A stretch of 64,000 nt of DNA from a virus. This document shows, piece by piece, positions 47,595 to 59,600 of the stretch. The notes beneath the pieces are model-generated. The model worked only from the letters and a program-made list of their open reading frames with translations. It was not told the origin of the DNA and made no database searches. Where the stretch lies: positions 1 through 64,000 of the IMG/VR virus record IMGVR_UViG_3300042896_000714; one strand, 5' to 3'. How positions within the stretch are numbered: position 1 is the stretch's first letter; each line of letters starts with the position of its first letter. The translations under genes and the position numbers were made by a program.

Positions 47595-47807
47595 TTATTG
47601 TTGTGGTTTGCCAGTGTAGTATTCGTTTGCAATATCTTCTTGCTTACGAATGATCTTACCACCGGGCCCAATTTGGTCACCTCGGGCATTAACTTTAGCG
47701 TTACCCACTGCTAATACCATTTCGTTGCGTTGTCGAAGCTTGTCGACATCAACCTCTTTACCTTGCATCGATCTGTGAATGATTTTTGCTTCTGGTTTCA
47801 TTGCCAT
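47595..47807 (-). CDS. Hypothetical protein
   Basis: 70 aa with AVGNAKVNARGD motif and AAGGA SD. Confidence 0.7.
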   Translation of the reverse strand: MAMKPEAKIIHRSMQGKEVDVDKLRQRNEMVLAVGNAKVNARGDQIGPGGKIIRKQEDIANEYYTGKPQQ

Positions 47808-47824
47808 AATATATTTCCTTTTGG

Positions 47825-48331
47825 TTATCTTAAAAACTCATGCCAATCTAAGTCATACTTTAGACTATCTATGCGATGTATTTCTAATAAAAATAGAACG
47901 TAACTTGCTACTGAACTACCACGGCCAACACCCCATAGTACCCCATGTTCTCGAAGTGTATCTACAAGATATTTAAGCGTTCTTAATAACGGCATCATTT
48001 TTCTCTCTTCAAATGCCTCTATTTCTTCTAAAACCCTAGTTGACTCCGCTTGGGCGTTGCATTTGTCTAAACAAAACTTAGTAATGTTAAACTTTTGATA
48101 TTCTTGCGGAATGAACCAATCTCCTTGACAAATTGTATCAAACGTATTAATACTAATATCATACATTGCAGGATCAACTGAGTGTAACAGTGTGCCAGCG
48201 ACTCCGTTAAACTTAGTTATTTCTGCAGAAGGCTCAACAAGTAGTTGCTCAAACTCAAGTATCTCTTGATATATTAGCTTAGTAAGATCTTGTAGTTGAT
48301 GTAATGGATTACCGAATTTATCATGAAGCAT
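47825..48331 (-). CDS. Stand-alone fragment of DNA polymerase III alpha subunit (mini-DnaE)
   Basis: RVLEEI...YLVD..R..GVLWGVGRGSSVASYVLFLLEIHRIDSLKYDL..EFL matches the DnaE GRGS...DP..Y.L.FERF region. Confidence 0.8.
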   Translation of the reverse strand: MLHDKFGNPLHQLQDLTKLIYQEILEFEQLLVEPSAEITKFNGVAGTLLHSVDPAMYDISINTFDTICQGDWFIPQEYQKFNITKFCLDKCNAQAESTRVLEEIEAFEERKMMPLLRTLKYLVDTLREHGVLWGVGRGSSVASYVLFLLEIHRIDSLKYDLDWHEFLR

Positions 48332-48336
48332 GCGCT

Positions 48337-48365
48337 ATTTTAGCTTACATTAATAAGCTTGTCAA
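48337..48365 (-). promoter_or_regulatory. Sigma70 promoter for mini-DnaE; palindromic spacer, probably leaderless
   Basis: TTGACA-17-TAAAAT; AGCTTA-N6-TAAGCT; ATG 5 nt after the -10. Confidence 0.65.
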
Positions 48366-48573
48366 GCCCTTTGTCGCGCTTTTGAAATTGCTGTTCCCAT
48401 TGTTTCGCCTGTCTTGTTCGCAATTCAGTTTTGTAGATATCGAGAAATAGTGAAATTTGCTGTTTAACTGATGGATTTTGCGTTTGAAAATACTTTCGGC
48501 TGAGATCTTGAATTCGCTCCTCAACCTCAGCATCTTTAAGTGATCCATAATCTTCAGCTAATGGGTGTATCAT
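48340..48573 (-). CDS. Hypothetical protein
   Basis: 77-aa helical ORF with ATGA overlap. Confidence 0.7.
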   Translation of the reverse strand: MIHPLAEDYGSLKDAEVEERIQDLSRKYFQTQNPSVKQQISLFLDIYKTELRTRQAKQWEQQFQKRDKGLDKLINVS

Positions 48574-49142
48574 GCTGCAAATGTTCCTAGATATGTTAGC
48601 ATTACGGTTTTTCCATTATCAGCAGTCCAAGCTTCAATCACTTGAACTGCACTGTCTCCAGCAGGCACATCAAACGACACCGGAAATGCTAAATCTTTTT
48701 TAAGAACATCAGCACCCAATGCAACAAATGAAATTCCAGTATGCGCGTATGCATCGCTTTTTATCTCGAGGCGAATCTTAGAAAACACATTATCAACAGG
48801 GGCAGGCCAACCTTGGAATTGAATCGTATGGCTTCCGGTCATAGTGATTACTTGGTATTCGCCGTCGTTAAAATTTACAGTAGTTGGTGCAGAACTAGTT
48901 GTAGGATAAACTGTTCCGTATAGTCGATTTGTTTGGGCGTTTGATATTACAGTGCCGTTAAAGTCATTATCTTCATCTAATTTTGCAGTTGACGTACTTA
49001 ATACAGTAATTTCACTGGCTGCAGTGGCCAATCCAGTTTTAATGACATTAAAGTTGTCTCTAAATCCTTGGCTATCGTTGTCTTGCCCTGCTACTGGAAA
49101 AAGCTCGTCAATTGTAGCTGATGTTATTTGGCTAGGTGTCAT
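48570..49142 (-). CDS. Virion structural protein (baseplate/fibre-associated)
   Basis: IDELFPVAGQDNDSQGFRDNF N-terminal motif, short coiled coil, beta-rich C-terminus. Confidence 0.6.
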   Translation of the reverse strand: MTPSQITSATIDELFPVAGQDNDSQGFRDNFNVIKTGLATAASEITVLSTSTAKLDEDNDFNGTVISNAQTNRLYGTVYPTTSSAPTTVNFNDGEYQVITMTGSHTIQFQGWPAPVDNVFSKIRLEIKSDAYAHTGISFVALGADVLKKDLAFPVSFDVPAGDSAVQVIEAWTADNGKTVMLTYLGTFAA

Positions 49143-52100
49143 GTTATGGTAGTCCGATCATTTCTAAATATGAGATATTTATCTTCATAATATCCCTCCA
49201 CAGAATCTATTACATATCTATCTATCGTAAAATCAAATAACTTAAAATCAAATCCGGTAGACTCAATGTGATTTTTAATATTTAACAGCATGTTGTCTCC
49301 TGATCCAGGCTTACAGTAACATAACACGACTGCTGGAACGTAATCTAATTCTTCCACACTCAAATCTTGGATACTACGCATCCACAGTGGTAAATAGTTA
49401 CGCTCACGTTGAGCAGTTTCAATGCCGCGTAAAAGTTTCCGCCAAATACTAATACTCGACGGAAACTTAACGTCTTGCCCTGAATCACCAGCAAGTACAT
49501 CAGTGCGATCCACTGATGCATAAAACGGATTTGGCCTTTTCCAATATGGGTTATCAGAATTAGAAGACCTTAAATAAAACTCATTAGTGTTATCTACAGT
49601 TACTTGGGTACCACGTACCTGTTGATAAGTGTTATCAGTTGATCTATACGATATTCTAGAAGGCAACTGTTTGTTATTTGGCTCTAACGGATCTATTAAA
49701 TCAACATAGATAACCTCGTATACCACAGTATTAGTACCAGGTTCTTTAGCCACAGCTTTTTTAATAGTTCCAAGATTAAACCGTTTGGGCCGGTGATTAA
49801 CCCCCATTGCACTGATATACGCGGCGGCGTCTACAGTTTCGATTCCAGCATAAATTAACGTGCTCATCTCACGCTGCACACCAAAATTTGAATCGGTAAG
49901 CCTATATACTAATTGTGGATCGAAGATATTAAAGTCGTTAATAAACTGCTTAAATATATCACGCTGCTCCAATTTTAAGAATGGTCGAGCTGTAATATTA
50001 CTATAGTACGCCTGGTTGGGAGTATCTACCCTAATACTAAAGGTTTTACTAATTGCACTATATCCTAAATGATCCCTGGCATTAACAGTAAACGTATAAC
50101 CTCGATCAATAGTTGCTTGAAAACTATCAAATGTTGTTAAATTTCGATCAATTGTAGTCAATATAGAATCTGCTTCAGTAAATGCATACGATTTCCACTT
50201 ATTAGTAGATTGATCTTGAATAAATGTGCTGCTTACATGCGATATAAGTGCTTGATAAAACCTTGGTGAGCCAGTAGCAGTTCCAACAGTTCGAAGCATT
50301 ATAGAATTCTTACCTGAATTATTGTAGTTAAAATAATTTAATGGAGTAAGGTGTGTCTGAGCTTCATAAAATCCACCATCGATGGTCTCACTAATAAGAC
50401 CAGTACCAAAATCACCTGGATTTGATCCCGTAAATCCTAGTGTAATAGTTGATGCTGTGCTATCGATAGCAAAAAATCGACCATTATAATTTGCATTACT
50501 GTTACCATTTATTTTAAACCAAAATTCGAATCCATTTTCAGTTGTAAAGTTTAAATCATTTATACCGTCAATACCAGCACTGCCTGGTAACTCTCCTGGT
50601 AGCTGACTGCCAAGGATGGTAATAGTGTCACCAGGTAAATATCCCGTTCCTGGATTTATTAAAATAACAGTAATTAATCCATTATAGTTATACGTATTGT
50701 TTGAGCCTTTATTGATCAGGAATCTAGCACCATGCCCGATACCAGAACTGGAAGACGCTGTGACCTCCACTGGGGTCAAGTAATAGTTTTTTCTAGCAGA
50801 CGTGCCATTTATCTTTGTAACTATAGGGGCTAACGGTGGCAATTTCTGTGTAGGAATTGAAAATTTAATTCGTAACGGATTTACACTAGTTATACTTAAC
50901 ACGCTATTGATTTTTATTTTATCTACACTTATTTTTATACCAGTATAGTCATTATAAAAAAGTTGCGTGGAAGCTATCTTGACAATCTCATTATTTGCGA
51001 AGGCATGATCAGTACTAGTCACTAATGTTGCAATATTCTTTCTGCGTATTATTGATTTAATAGTTTGAATTTTATCAGTTTTAATGATATCTTTTTTGCT
51101 GTATCTATTATTTGATTTCCAATAACTCTTGTATGTGTTTTGATTACGTATTTGATTTACCTTACCTACAATTTCACCGTCTAAGTTTAATGATAGTCCT
51201 GGGGGTAGCTTGCCTGAAGTTAGGGTATAAAGAATGGAAGCATTGCTAAATGTAGTAGTGGCACTAACAAATAACGCACTAGGATAACCAGCATTAATAT
51301 TATCAAGACTGCTTGGACTAGTCCAATTCATTACGCTTTCCACCTCGCCCAATATATCAACTGTAAACAGCCGTCTGCTTGTCGAAAATTCAAATTCACG
51401 GCCGAATCTGATTGCTTTAACTGTAAACGTGTATCTTTCAGTGATTGCTGGTTGATATGGAATAGTGCCAAACACCTCGCCTGATGTTGAATCAAATGCC
51501 ATTCCTGGCGGAATCGTACTTGCCGTGCCAAGAAAGATAGCAGTATTATTAGGAATTTCTATTTGTAATGGTAAATCTATAGTTAATCTATAAATGTTTC
51601 CGCCAAGCATTTCAACATCGATAACTGTATACGTTATTGGTGTAGCTCCAGGAAATTCTCCGTTAAAATTTACCTTATACCCAATTGCGGGAATTCCAGA
51701 TGAGTTAACATACCGTATTGATGTTGATAACATCCTATTATCAGTGTGTAACTCACGCAGGCATAATCCAGAAATTGATGCATTTGCTGTTGATAATTCG
51801 TAAGTTACTGGTCCAAGTTCGCTAAACCCTTCGTAGATATCAATCTTAAACGTTTGGTAATTATTAGCTCTGCATAATCCTAAATAACTCGGAGTTGTAA
51901 ATATTGGAGCTCGTACATACGTTACGTCGGCAGTATATGTTCCTTCTCCAGCCTGCATGATAACATCATCAGCTCGAAAGAAATCATCACCGACGACATA
52001 TATTCTAAACTTACGCTTAGTAACAGTATCACCATCTGTAATAGTGACATAAAATTCGTAATTACGATTTAGTTTTCTTGCAGTTAGTGTGTTTACACTA

Positions 52101-52732
52101 AAATCATAAGTTACAAAATCATAAACAAAACTATCGTATCCGTTTGTTGGACGGTATCCGAAATCGTATGCAGTTGCATCATATAATCCAACGTCGTAAA
52201 AGCCATTGTCGCCATTTTGGGGTACTGCGAGTAACGGTTGAATGAATCCAGTTATTCGGCCGTTTGGTACTAGTATCAATCCAGGAGGTAACTCTCCGTC
52301 ACCACTTGCAATGAAAAAATTAAGTGATTGCCCAGCTGCGGTATCAGTATCAGATGCACTTAAATTAAAATCAATGAAACTACTATCAATTATATAGTAC
52401 GCATTATTTGAACCAATTGGCAACAACCCAGCAGGGGTAAGCCAATTTGGGGCATTTGGACCTTGAACGTTTACTATAAATGTTCTATCAGAAATTTCAT
52501 AGCCGTTAGTTGCCCGAACAACGAATTTATATTCTGTTGTTCTAGTAACCTCAAAGGGTGTGCCAGTAATACTGCTTCCGATAATCTCAAGACCAGGCGG
52601 TAAATAACCAGCAATTATCTTAAACCTAATGCCGGGTATTGTTGTTGCCGGTAAGGGAAGGTATATCGTTTCTCTTTCGTTATACGTTCCTAAATTATAT
52701 CCAGAAGATACCGTCCATACATCTAATGCCAT
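49139..52732 (-). CDS. Baseplate wedge-like structural protein with Ig-like repeats
   Basis: Repeated G.LPPGL.L...G.I.G..P He_PIG-type units; C-terminal LPLWMRS...FTIDRY. Confidence 0.65.
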   Translation of the reverse strand: MALDVWTVSSGYNLGTYNERETIYLPLPATTIPGIRFKIIAGYLPPGLEIIGSSITGTPFEVTRTTEYKFVVRATNGYEISDRTFIVNVQGPNAPNWLTPAGLLPIGSNNAYYIIDSSFIDFNLSASDTDTAAGQSLNFFIASGDGELPPGLILVPNGRITGFIQPLLAVPQNGDNGFYDVGLYDATAYDFGYRPTNGYDSFVYDFVTYDFSVNTLTARKLNRNYEFYVTITDGDTVTKRKFRIYVVGDDFFRADDVIMQAGEGTYTADVTYVRAPIFTTPSYLGLCRANNYQTFKIDIYEGFSELGPVTYELSTANASISGLCLRELHTDNRMLSTSIRYVNSSGIPAIGYKVNFNGEFPGATPITYTVIDVEMLGGNIYRLTIDLPLQIEIPNNTAIFLGTASTIPPGMAFDSTSGEVFGTIPYQPAITERYTFTVKAIRFGREFEFSTSRRLFTVDILGEVESVMNWTSPSSLDNINAGYPSALFVSATTTFSNASILYTLTSGKLPPGLSLNLDGEIVGKVNQIRNQNTYKSYWKSNNRYSKKDIIKTDKIQTIKSIIRRKNIATLVTSTDHAFANNEIVKIASTQLFYNDYTGIKISVDKIKINSVLSITSVNPLRIKFSIPTQKLPPLAPIVTKINGTSARKNYYLTPVEVTASSSSGIGHGARFLINKGSNNTYNYNGLITVILINPGTGYLPGDTITILGSQLPGELPGSAGIDGINDLNFTTENGFEFWFKINGNSNANYNGRFFAIDSTASTITLGFTGSNPGDFGTGLISETIDGGFYEAQTHLTPLNYFNYNNSGKNSIMLRTVGTATGSPRFYQALISHVSSTFIQDQSTNKWKSYAFTEADSILTTIDRNLTTFDSFQATIDRGYTFTVNARDHLGYSAISKTFSIRVDTPNQAYYSNITARPFLKLEQRDIFKQFINDFNIFDPQLVYRLTDSNFGVQREMSTLIYAGIETVDAAAYISAMGVNHRPKRFNLGTIKKAVAKEPGTNTVVYEVIYVDLIDPLEPNNKQLPSRISYRSTDNTYQQVRGTQVTVDNTNEFYLRSSNSDNPYWKRPNPFYASVDRTDVLAGDSGQDVKFPSSISIWRKLLRGIETAQRERNYLPLWMRSIQDLSVEELDYVPAVVLCYCKPGSGDNMLLNIKNHIESTGFDFKLFDFTIDRYVIDSVEGYYEDKYLIFRNDRTTIT

Positions 52733-52832
52733 GTTAACTCCATTTACCATATTTACCGAAAAACAGAGCAATACTGACTAGCGTACTCTGTAATGTTTAG
52801 GGGATTGTGTATTACTCTTTGTCAATTAAATA

Positions 52833-53600
52833 TTATTGAAGATCCAATGCATATTCATTATTGAAATCAATAGTCATTGCTTGCAATAATAACTCCGTTG
52901 GATTAGTAATGTTTTGTCCCAATACTCCAAAATCAAAATTTTGAATGTTATCAACTGGTGGAGTTACTACAGTGGCATTAACCCAATTACTGCCATTATA
53001 TTGCAATACTTGGGTAGCAATCGGATTACTAATCTGAACATTAGTTAAGTTGTTTAGTTCCAGGTTACCTGGCGCCCAAAATACACCAGTCCAATGCAAC
53101 GCTTGGCCAACAGTTGGAAGCTCTGCACTTACATCTGATAGTCCGCTAATGACATGATTGCCAATATCACTAACTGTACCCGTTACATCGCCATTTAAGT
53201 TGCCAGTAAACAACGGAGATTTAATAGTACCATTTATGTTAATGTTACCAAATCCGATAATATCATGATTATTTAGATTTAAAATTCCTCCTAATATAGG
53301 ATTAGGATCTTCAAAAACTGCATTAATTGAATCGACAACATTAAGACTAATTTTATTTGAATCATAATTAATGCTCAAGTTGTCATTAAATGATTCCAAA
53401 CTACGAAATTGTAAATTATTTCCTAGCTTGTTACTAAACACTGGAGCGCCATTACCTAATGATGCCCCATCTAACACAACGCTAGCATCTATAGATGTAA
53501 AATTTGTATTGGTTTTAAAAAACGCAGTTCGTAAATCGTCGCCAGTGCTGTCATTAGCATAAATGCCTAAGTTAACTGTTTGAATGTCTAATATACTCAT
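52833..53600 (-). CDS. Fibre/baseplate protein with a T4 gp9/gp10-like N-terminus
   Basis: VNLGIYANDSTGDDLRTAFFKTNTNF; LSDV...GQAL.W.G..W fibre repeats. Confidence 0.7.
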   Translation of the reverse strand: MSILDIQTVNLGIYANDSTGDDLRTAFFKTNTNFTSIDASVVLDGASLGNGAPVFSNKLGNNLQFRSLESFNDNLSINYDSNKISLNVVDSINAVFEDPNPILGGILNLNNHDIIGFGNININGTIKSPLFTGNLNGDVTGTVSDIGNHVISGLSDVSAELPTVGQALHWTGVFWAPGNLELNNLTNVQISNPIATQVLQYNGSNWVNATVVTPPVDNIQNFDFGVLGQNITNPTELLLQAMTIDFNNEYALDLQ

Positions 53601-53656
53601 TGCTTATCTCGGTTATAGTTATATTTATGTGTCATTTTATATAATTCCTCTGCAAA

Positions 53657-56600
53657 TTATGCATATGTTGCATTCAGCGTGTACCATTGCGTAGCAGATG
53701 CACAGAAAAATTCTAAAGCAATCCCAGTATCCATTGGGAAAGCTTCATTTAATGCCAAATCATTAATTGTTACGCCAGTAGCTGGGTATATGTTTATGGT
53801 ATTAGCCGACGAGTTCCGTACGATTATTCGGACACCGAGTGTGGAAGTATCTTGTACTGGTCCTACTACTTCCCCAATCAGTAAGCTACTGCGCATATCT
53901 GGAAATCTGACACCTGATCCCACTGTTGAAGTAATAACAATATTGATGTTCTTCAATAATTCCACTGCAGTGGACTGGCTATTTCCGATAGCAACGATAG
54001 CAGCATTAACCCCGTGTTGAATAAATCCACTGACATTCAACTTGGATAAAGTTCCTACTGTGGTTAATGACGCAGTAGTTATTGCCGAGTTTAATACTGT
54101 ACCAATAATATTAAGCCCACTTACGCTTCCTGCAGAACCATCAATACTGATGCCAGTCAACGCCAACGGTTCACTGGCGCGATTAACGGTTATAAGGGTT
54201 TTGCCCAAGTAAAAGCTACTACCTGTGTAAAACCCATTAGTAACGGTTTTAGCATTACCATCTAAGTCTCCAGTAAATACCGCGGTAGTTGCTGAAGTAT
54301 CAACTACAGTATTACTGGTATTACTTGAAATTATATTGCCAGTTAAATTACCAATAAGTGATGTTGAATAAATTTTATTAAATGCATGTGCTGCATCACC
54401 TAAATTTTTGTCTGCATCTGCTAATACAATTGCACTTGCAGCGGCTAATGATGATACTGAGAGTTCCGTAGGGGTAGCAGCAGCACCTGAAATATTCCCA
54501 ATTACTTTATAGTCTGCGATATTTGCAAGGTCAGATAGCGCAATGCTGCTAGATTTGAATGTGGCCCATCCGTTAGTAAGTGTAAATTTAGCTGAGTCGA
54601 AGCTTACCAATCCACGATCTGCTTGAAGTATACCAGTGGCATTTGCTCTAGTACTGGCAATTGCCATTTCCAGTTTGCTTTGTGCAATAGCGGCATCTGA
54701 TTTTACATCAGAATTAATGATAGTATCACTATTAATTTGCAGATTAAGTAATGCGTTATTCAAGCTGCTAACTACTGCTCCAATAACATGGGTAGTTGCA
54801 GTAGTTAAATCAACTGTTAGTGCCAGTGCTGGGTCAGTATCTACACTTGGATTACTACTAATAATTGCCCTAGTAACATTGTCAAATCTCTTTGCTGCAA
54901 GTGTAGTGCTTGTGTATTTGAACACTTCATTGCCAATTTGTAAATACCCACTAGTTGGCCAAGCACTAATACTTTCACTAACAATAATACCTGCACTAAC
55001 ATCAAGCTGTGATGTTCCTGTAATCGCAGTTGCTAACGTTCCTAGATTGGCGCTAGTCAATACTGCAGCCAAATCACCACCAACTGTTGAACTTGTTGCA
55101 ATGTTATTAACACCAATAAACGTGGATATTTTGCCTGCAGCAGGATTGCTAATAATAACACCTTTTAGTTTATTAAAGCTATCGTGAATCTTAGTTGCAT
55201 AATTTACATAACCAATATTTGACACGTCTGTATCGCTACTTGTATTTGGTGTTACGTTAATGATTCGATGTGAACCCTCACCTCCACCCATATCTAAGTT
55301 ACCGGTCATAGCTATAGCACCATTTGCAGCAACAAACCCTCCACTTACTGGAATACGTTGCGCAGCTGGAACTGGTAAGCCGTTATGGGTTAATCCTAAT
55401 CGCTTATCAATATATCCTCTAATTGCACTCTCTACTGGTACAGTATCATCAGCATTGTCGGTCATTGAGCTATCTGTAGAAAACTCTTTTGCAACAGTTC
55501 CACGCTTAAAGCCAATACCGTCTAAATTACTTAATGCAATACTTGCACTGAAAGTAACAGTACCAGTACCTTGATCAACAGTAAAGAATCGACCAACTCG
55601 GAAAATACCATCTTGGTCAGTGCTCATGTAGAAAACTCGTCCCTGGGTTTCTTCTCGCACTTCATTTGATGGATTAGCTGGCTGGGCTGGAATACCTAAT
55701 AAGTTATTTGGATAATTAGTAGTGCTAAACCCACCAGTACCGACATCTAAAAAGTCATGACCTGTGGCTCGGCATGTACTAATATTAACAGTAATTTCTG
55801 CTGTAGAATCCTTCATAATGCCAGCACGCAAGGTTATCTTTTCTACCGTTGGGAATGCTTCTGCAATTCCCGATGCTGGGGTATTTACAAGTGATCCAGC
55901 ATAATCAATTGAGTCTAATACGACATATGCTGAATTAGTATTAATTGGAACGACATAATCGGTAACTCTATGAATTTTTCCTGCATGCGCCAGTAGCAAG
56001 TTGCCTGAACGTAATCTAGCTTTTGTAAGATCACTTTGAATTTCAGTTACGGCAATTCTAGTATCTCCTAATTGTGATCCCATAGTTTTTAAACCACCAA
56101 CTACGTAATCAGTATTACTAATTTGCAACTCATTAGTTTCAATAATTGCATAGTTATAACTTGAATCAAAAGTTATAACAGCGACATCACCGTATGTAGC
56201 AAACCCACTTGCAGCGGTTCCAGCGGTCACTGCTGTTCCTATATTATTGTAACTAAAAGAATTTTCGCTTACGTCAAGTACAGTGGCATATGTAACATTA
56301 AATGTTGCATTAGTTGTGCATACAATTGACACTAAATCACCTGCAGAAATTGTATGGGCGGTTGTTGTGCTAATAGTCGAAACCCCAGCTTGTCTACTTG
56401 CAGCAACTATTTCTTGGATAGTTTGCAACGATTCACCAACTGGACTTCTTAAATTATACGATAATGTTCTATAAATTTGTCCGACTTCACCTGGTGCGGT
56501 AAATTCCACCGCAGTGCTTGGGCGTACTGGTTTAATTTCTTGAACACCGTTAAACTTAAAGTTTTGCAAACTTCTAATTATAACTAGTTGATTATCAACC

Positions 56601-59600
56601 AACGGTGCCGCTAATCCAGCACCACTTGCTCCAGCATTAATATTTAATTTTAAAACTGACTGCCCAGAGACTGAACCATCGACAGTAGTAGTAGTCCTTT
56701 CAACATTGCTTACTTCATACCTAGTAACTGTACCTCGATAAACACCTATAAAACTCGCGCCAAATCCTGCACCACCAAATCCGGGCGCAGTTACGGTAGT
56801 TAATTCATTGCTGGATCCAGTAGAAGGGGCAACTGAATAAGTACCAACTTCTGTAACTTCAAAAGTGGCAATTGGCCCAGTAGTGCCACCACCTGAGACT
56901 GTTTTAACTCGCAACCGTGTAGCTAAACTGCTAGGATAGATAGTACCACCAACTATATCGATAAATTCATTTACCGCATATCCAGTCCCAGGATTAAACA
57001 CTGTTACATTGGAAGCATTACTTTGAGTATTTGGTACTAAGCTTGATTTAGTGTTAGTATGATCGATTTCAATTTCCGACACATTGTATGGAATATAACT
57101 ATAGTTGGCGATATAAACACTACTATCTGCCTCTATATTTTTTCCTGTAAATGTTTCTCTCTTGAAAATTCTAGAAACTTGTTGAATGTCATCGGCCAAA
57201 GATACTGGATCGGCAACTTCATTAGGATCTCGGCCATTTGCTCGCATACCGTATTCACCATATGAGCTATTACCTTGAGCAGATCTAATTTGGCCTCCTG
57301 TTAGCGCGTAGTAAGAGGTCCAGCAGTAATAAGTAAATACACTCACTAATTCAGTAATACCATTATTAATTGCAACTGCGCCATATCCCAAATCATTAAC
57401 TTGTGTGTAATCGTTTGCAAGCATGGATCGATTACCAGGAGTTTCAATAATAGTATCGATTCCTGATACTGCAAAAATTATATTACCAGTTGCAATATGT
57501 GCAACATTAACAATGATCCCTGTAGGGCTAACTTGGGTAATAATTGCGCCAATTCCCAATGCGCCAGATCCAGAAGTTCGTACAAGCTTCATGCCACTTA
57601 CTAATCCAGCAGTTGACAACATAGCAATATTAAACTGCCCAATAGTAATATTACCGTTTGATGCTAATCCACTTGCTGTTGGGTTTATACTACGTGAATT
57701 TTTATCAGTAAACGGAGTTGATGAATCCAATATTATTGTAGCAGTTCCAGTGTTTATACTGTAATTTGCCACATTGTTAATTTGATATCTAATGCCATCA
57801 ATATAAAAACTGTTAGGAACTCCTGGTTTTCTCACTGTGAGATTATTAAAAATTAATTCGGTGTCACTTATTTTTGTAGCAATGCTTGCTGGTAAGTTGC
57901 CACTAAATCCGTCAATATATAATCCACCACGGAATGCCTTTTTATTAATACTTCCACTTAGCGATGTAGCTGTTTGAACATATGGAGATTTAGTTTGTAT
58001 TTGACCTTCTGGATCAAGAACACACATAAATCCTCCTTGGCCTTGTACAGTAATATTTCTTAAAATAGTACTATCGTTCATCAAGAATACATCCATGTCC
58101 TTATTATCTTTAGCAGGATTATTTGCGCCAATTATGATATTTTGAATACCATTAATTAAATCCGATACAATATTGCGTTCAGTATTATATGCTACTAAGA
58201 TTTGGTTAGCAATAATGCTAATATACGCTATACCAGCTAATGTTTCTTTTAATTGAGTTGTAACGGCAATTCTAGCACTTGCATTACGTCTGTAGGAGTT
58301 GCCTACAGTAATACTTCTAGTGGTGCCACCGTCAATTAGATCATTAGCCAATTCATCAACAATTATTCCTACATCCCTAGAACACGTATCTTGGTTGTAA
58401 GCTAAATTGGGATATGTTGTGTTTATATGAGCAATAACATCACTTTGAATTGCTGCTTTATTGTTAGTTAATAAAGCAGCAGCCGCAACAAATCCACCTG
58501 GTTTTGCAATAGTTTTATCAAAAATTCCAGATTCACTTGCTGGATCTGACAAGTAATGATATCCAAAATTAATACCAGTTGGTGCAATCCCTGATCTATC
58601 AAGGCCCCTAACTGTTGCATTCACTAAGGCAACTAATGGTGCTTTATCAATAGCAAATGATGTTGGATTAATTATCCGAGCAACTTTAGTAGCAGGGGCA
58701 AATAGCCCGGTACCACTAGTTACATTTAAATACATGTCTTGAACAATACCAACAGTACTAGCAGTAGTTATAACCCAGTAATTTTCATATCCATCGATAC
58801 CAGAAATTACAAAACTTGAGTTAGCATCTGCAGCACTTAAATAAGTTCTGGTTAATTCGTCAAATATATCATCTCTATAAAAATATAAATTTGCCCATGG
58901 GCTTGTGCTTATGCCTGGCGCTGGTCGTATAATTACACGTCTAAATTCATCACCTTTAATAGATACGTTTACTGGAACTCTAATTGGAAATTGCTCATAG
59001 TAAACTCCAGACTCAACCCTAATGGTAATTTGATACTCAGGAACTGGTTGCCCAAATTCTAAAAGCTCACCATCTAGAAATTCTAGTAACACAGGCGCAC
59101 TAGGGTCAATAATTTGTAGTATTGTTGTTACTAAGCGCTGCGCAAGAGCTACAGAACCAGATTCACCACGTGTTCCTGTAATATCTTGAACTTCTGAGCT
59201 TCTTTTACCAAAGCTCGTCGTACTAGAAGCTAACGGAATAGTAATATTATCCAATACTTTTTCAGCCAGTAATGAAATATAGGCTATGCCGTCTAATGTT
59301 TCAGTTAATTGATCAATTGGTAAGACACTCGAAACACCTCTCCAATAAGTTTTTCCAACATTGACTGTTTGTTTATTACCTCCAAATTTTAAGTCAAACA
59401 ATATTGCATCTAAAATTAACCCAACATCACGGCTGCACGATTGTTCGTTATAGTTTAAAAACGGATATGCTGCGTTAATATAAGCTATAGTTTCCGATAC
59501 AATAAAGGCTTTATTTGAAACCAATTTGGCGGCAGCAGAAACAAAATTGGTTTCAAAGGTCGTTACATCAGTAGTTAAGTGCATTAGCTCAATATTAAAC

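Noticed and set aside
52762-52830. Structured ncRNA or promoter between the structural genes
   Set aside because: Explained by a simple terminator-like stem (ACAGAG...CTCTGT plus U-run); the nearby TTGACA has no matching -10
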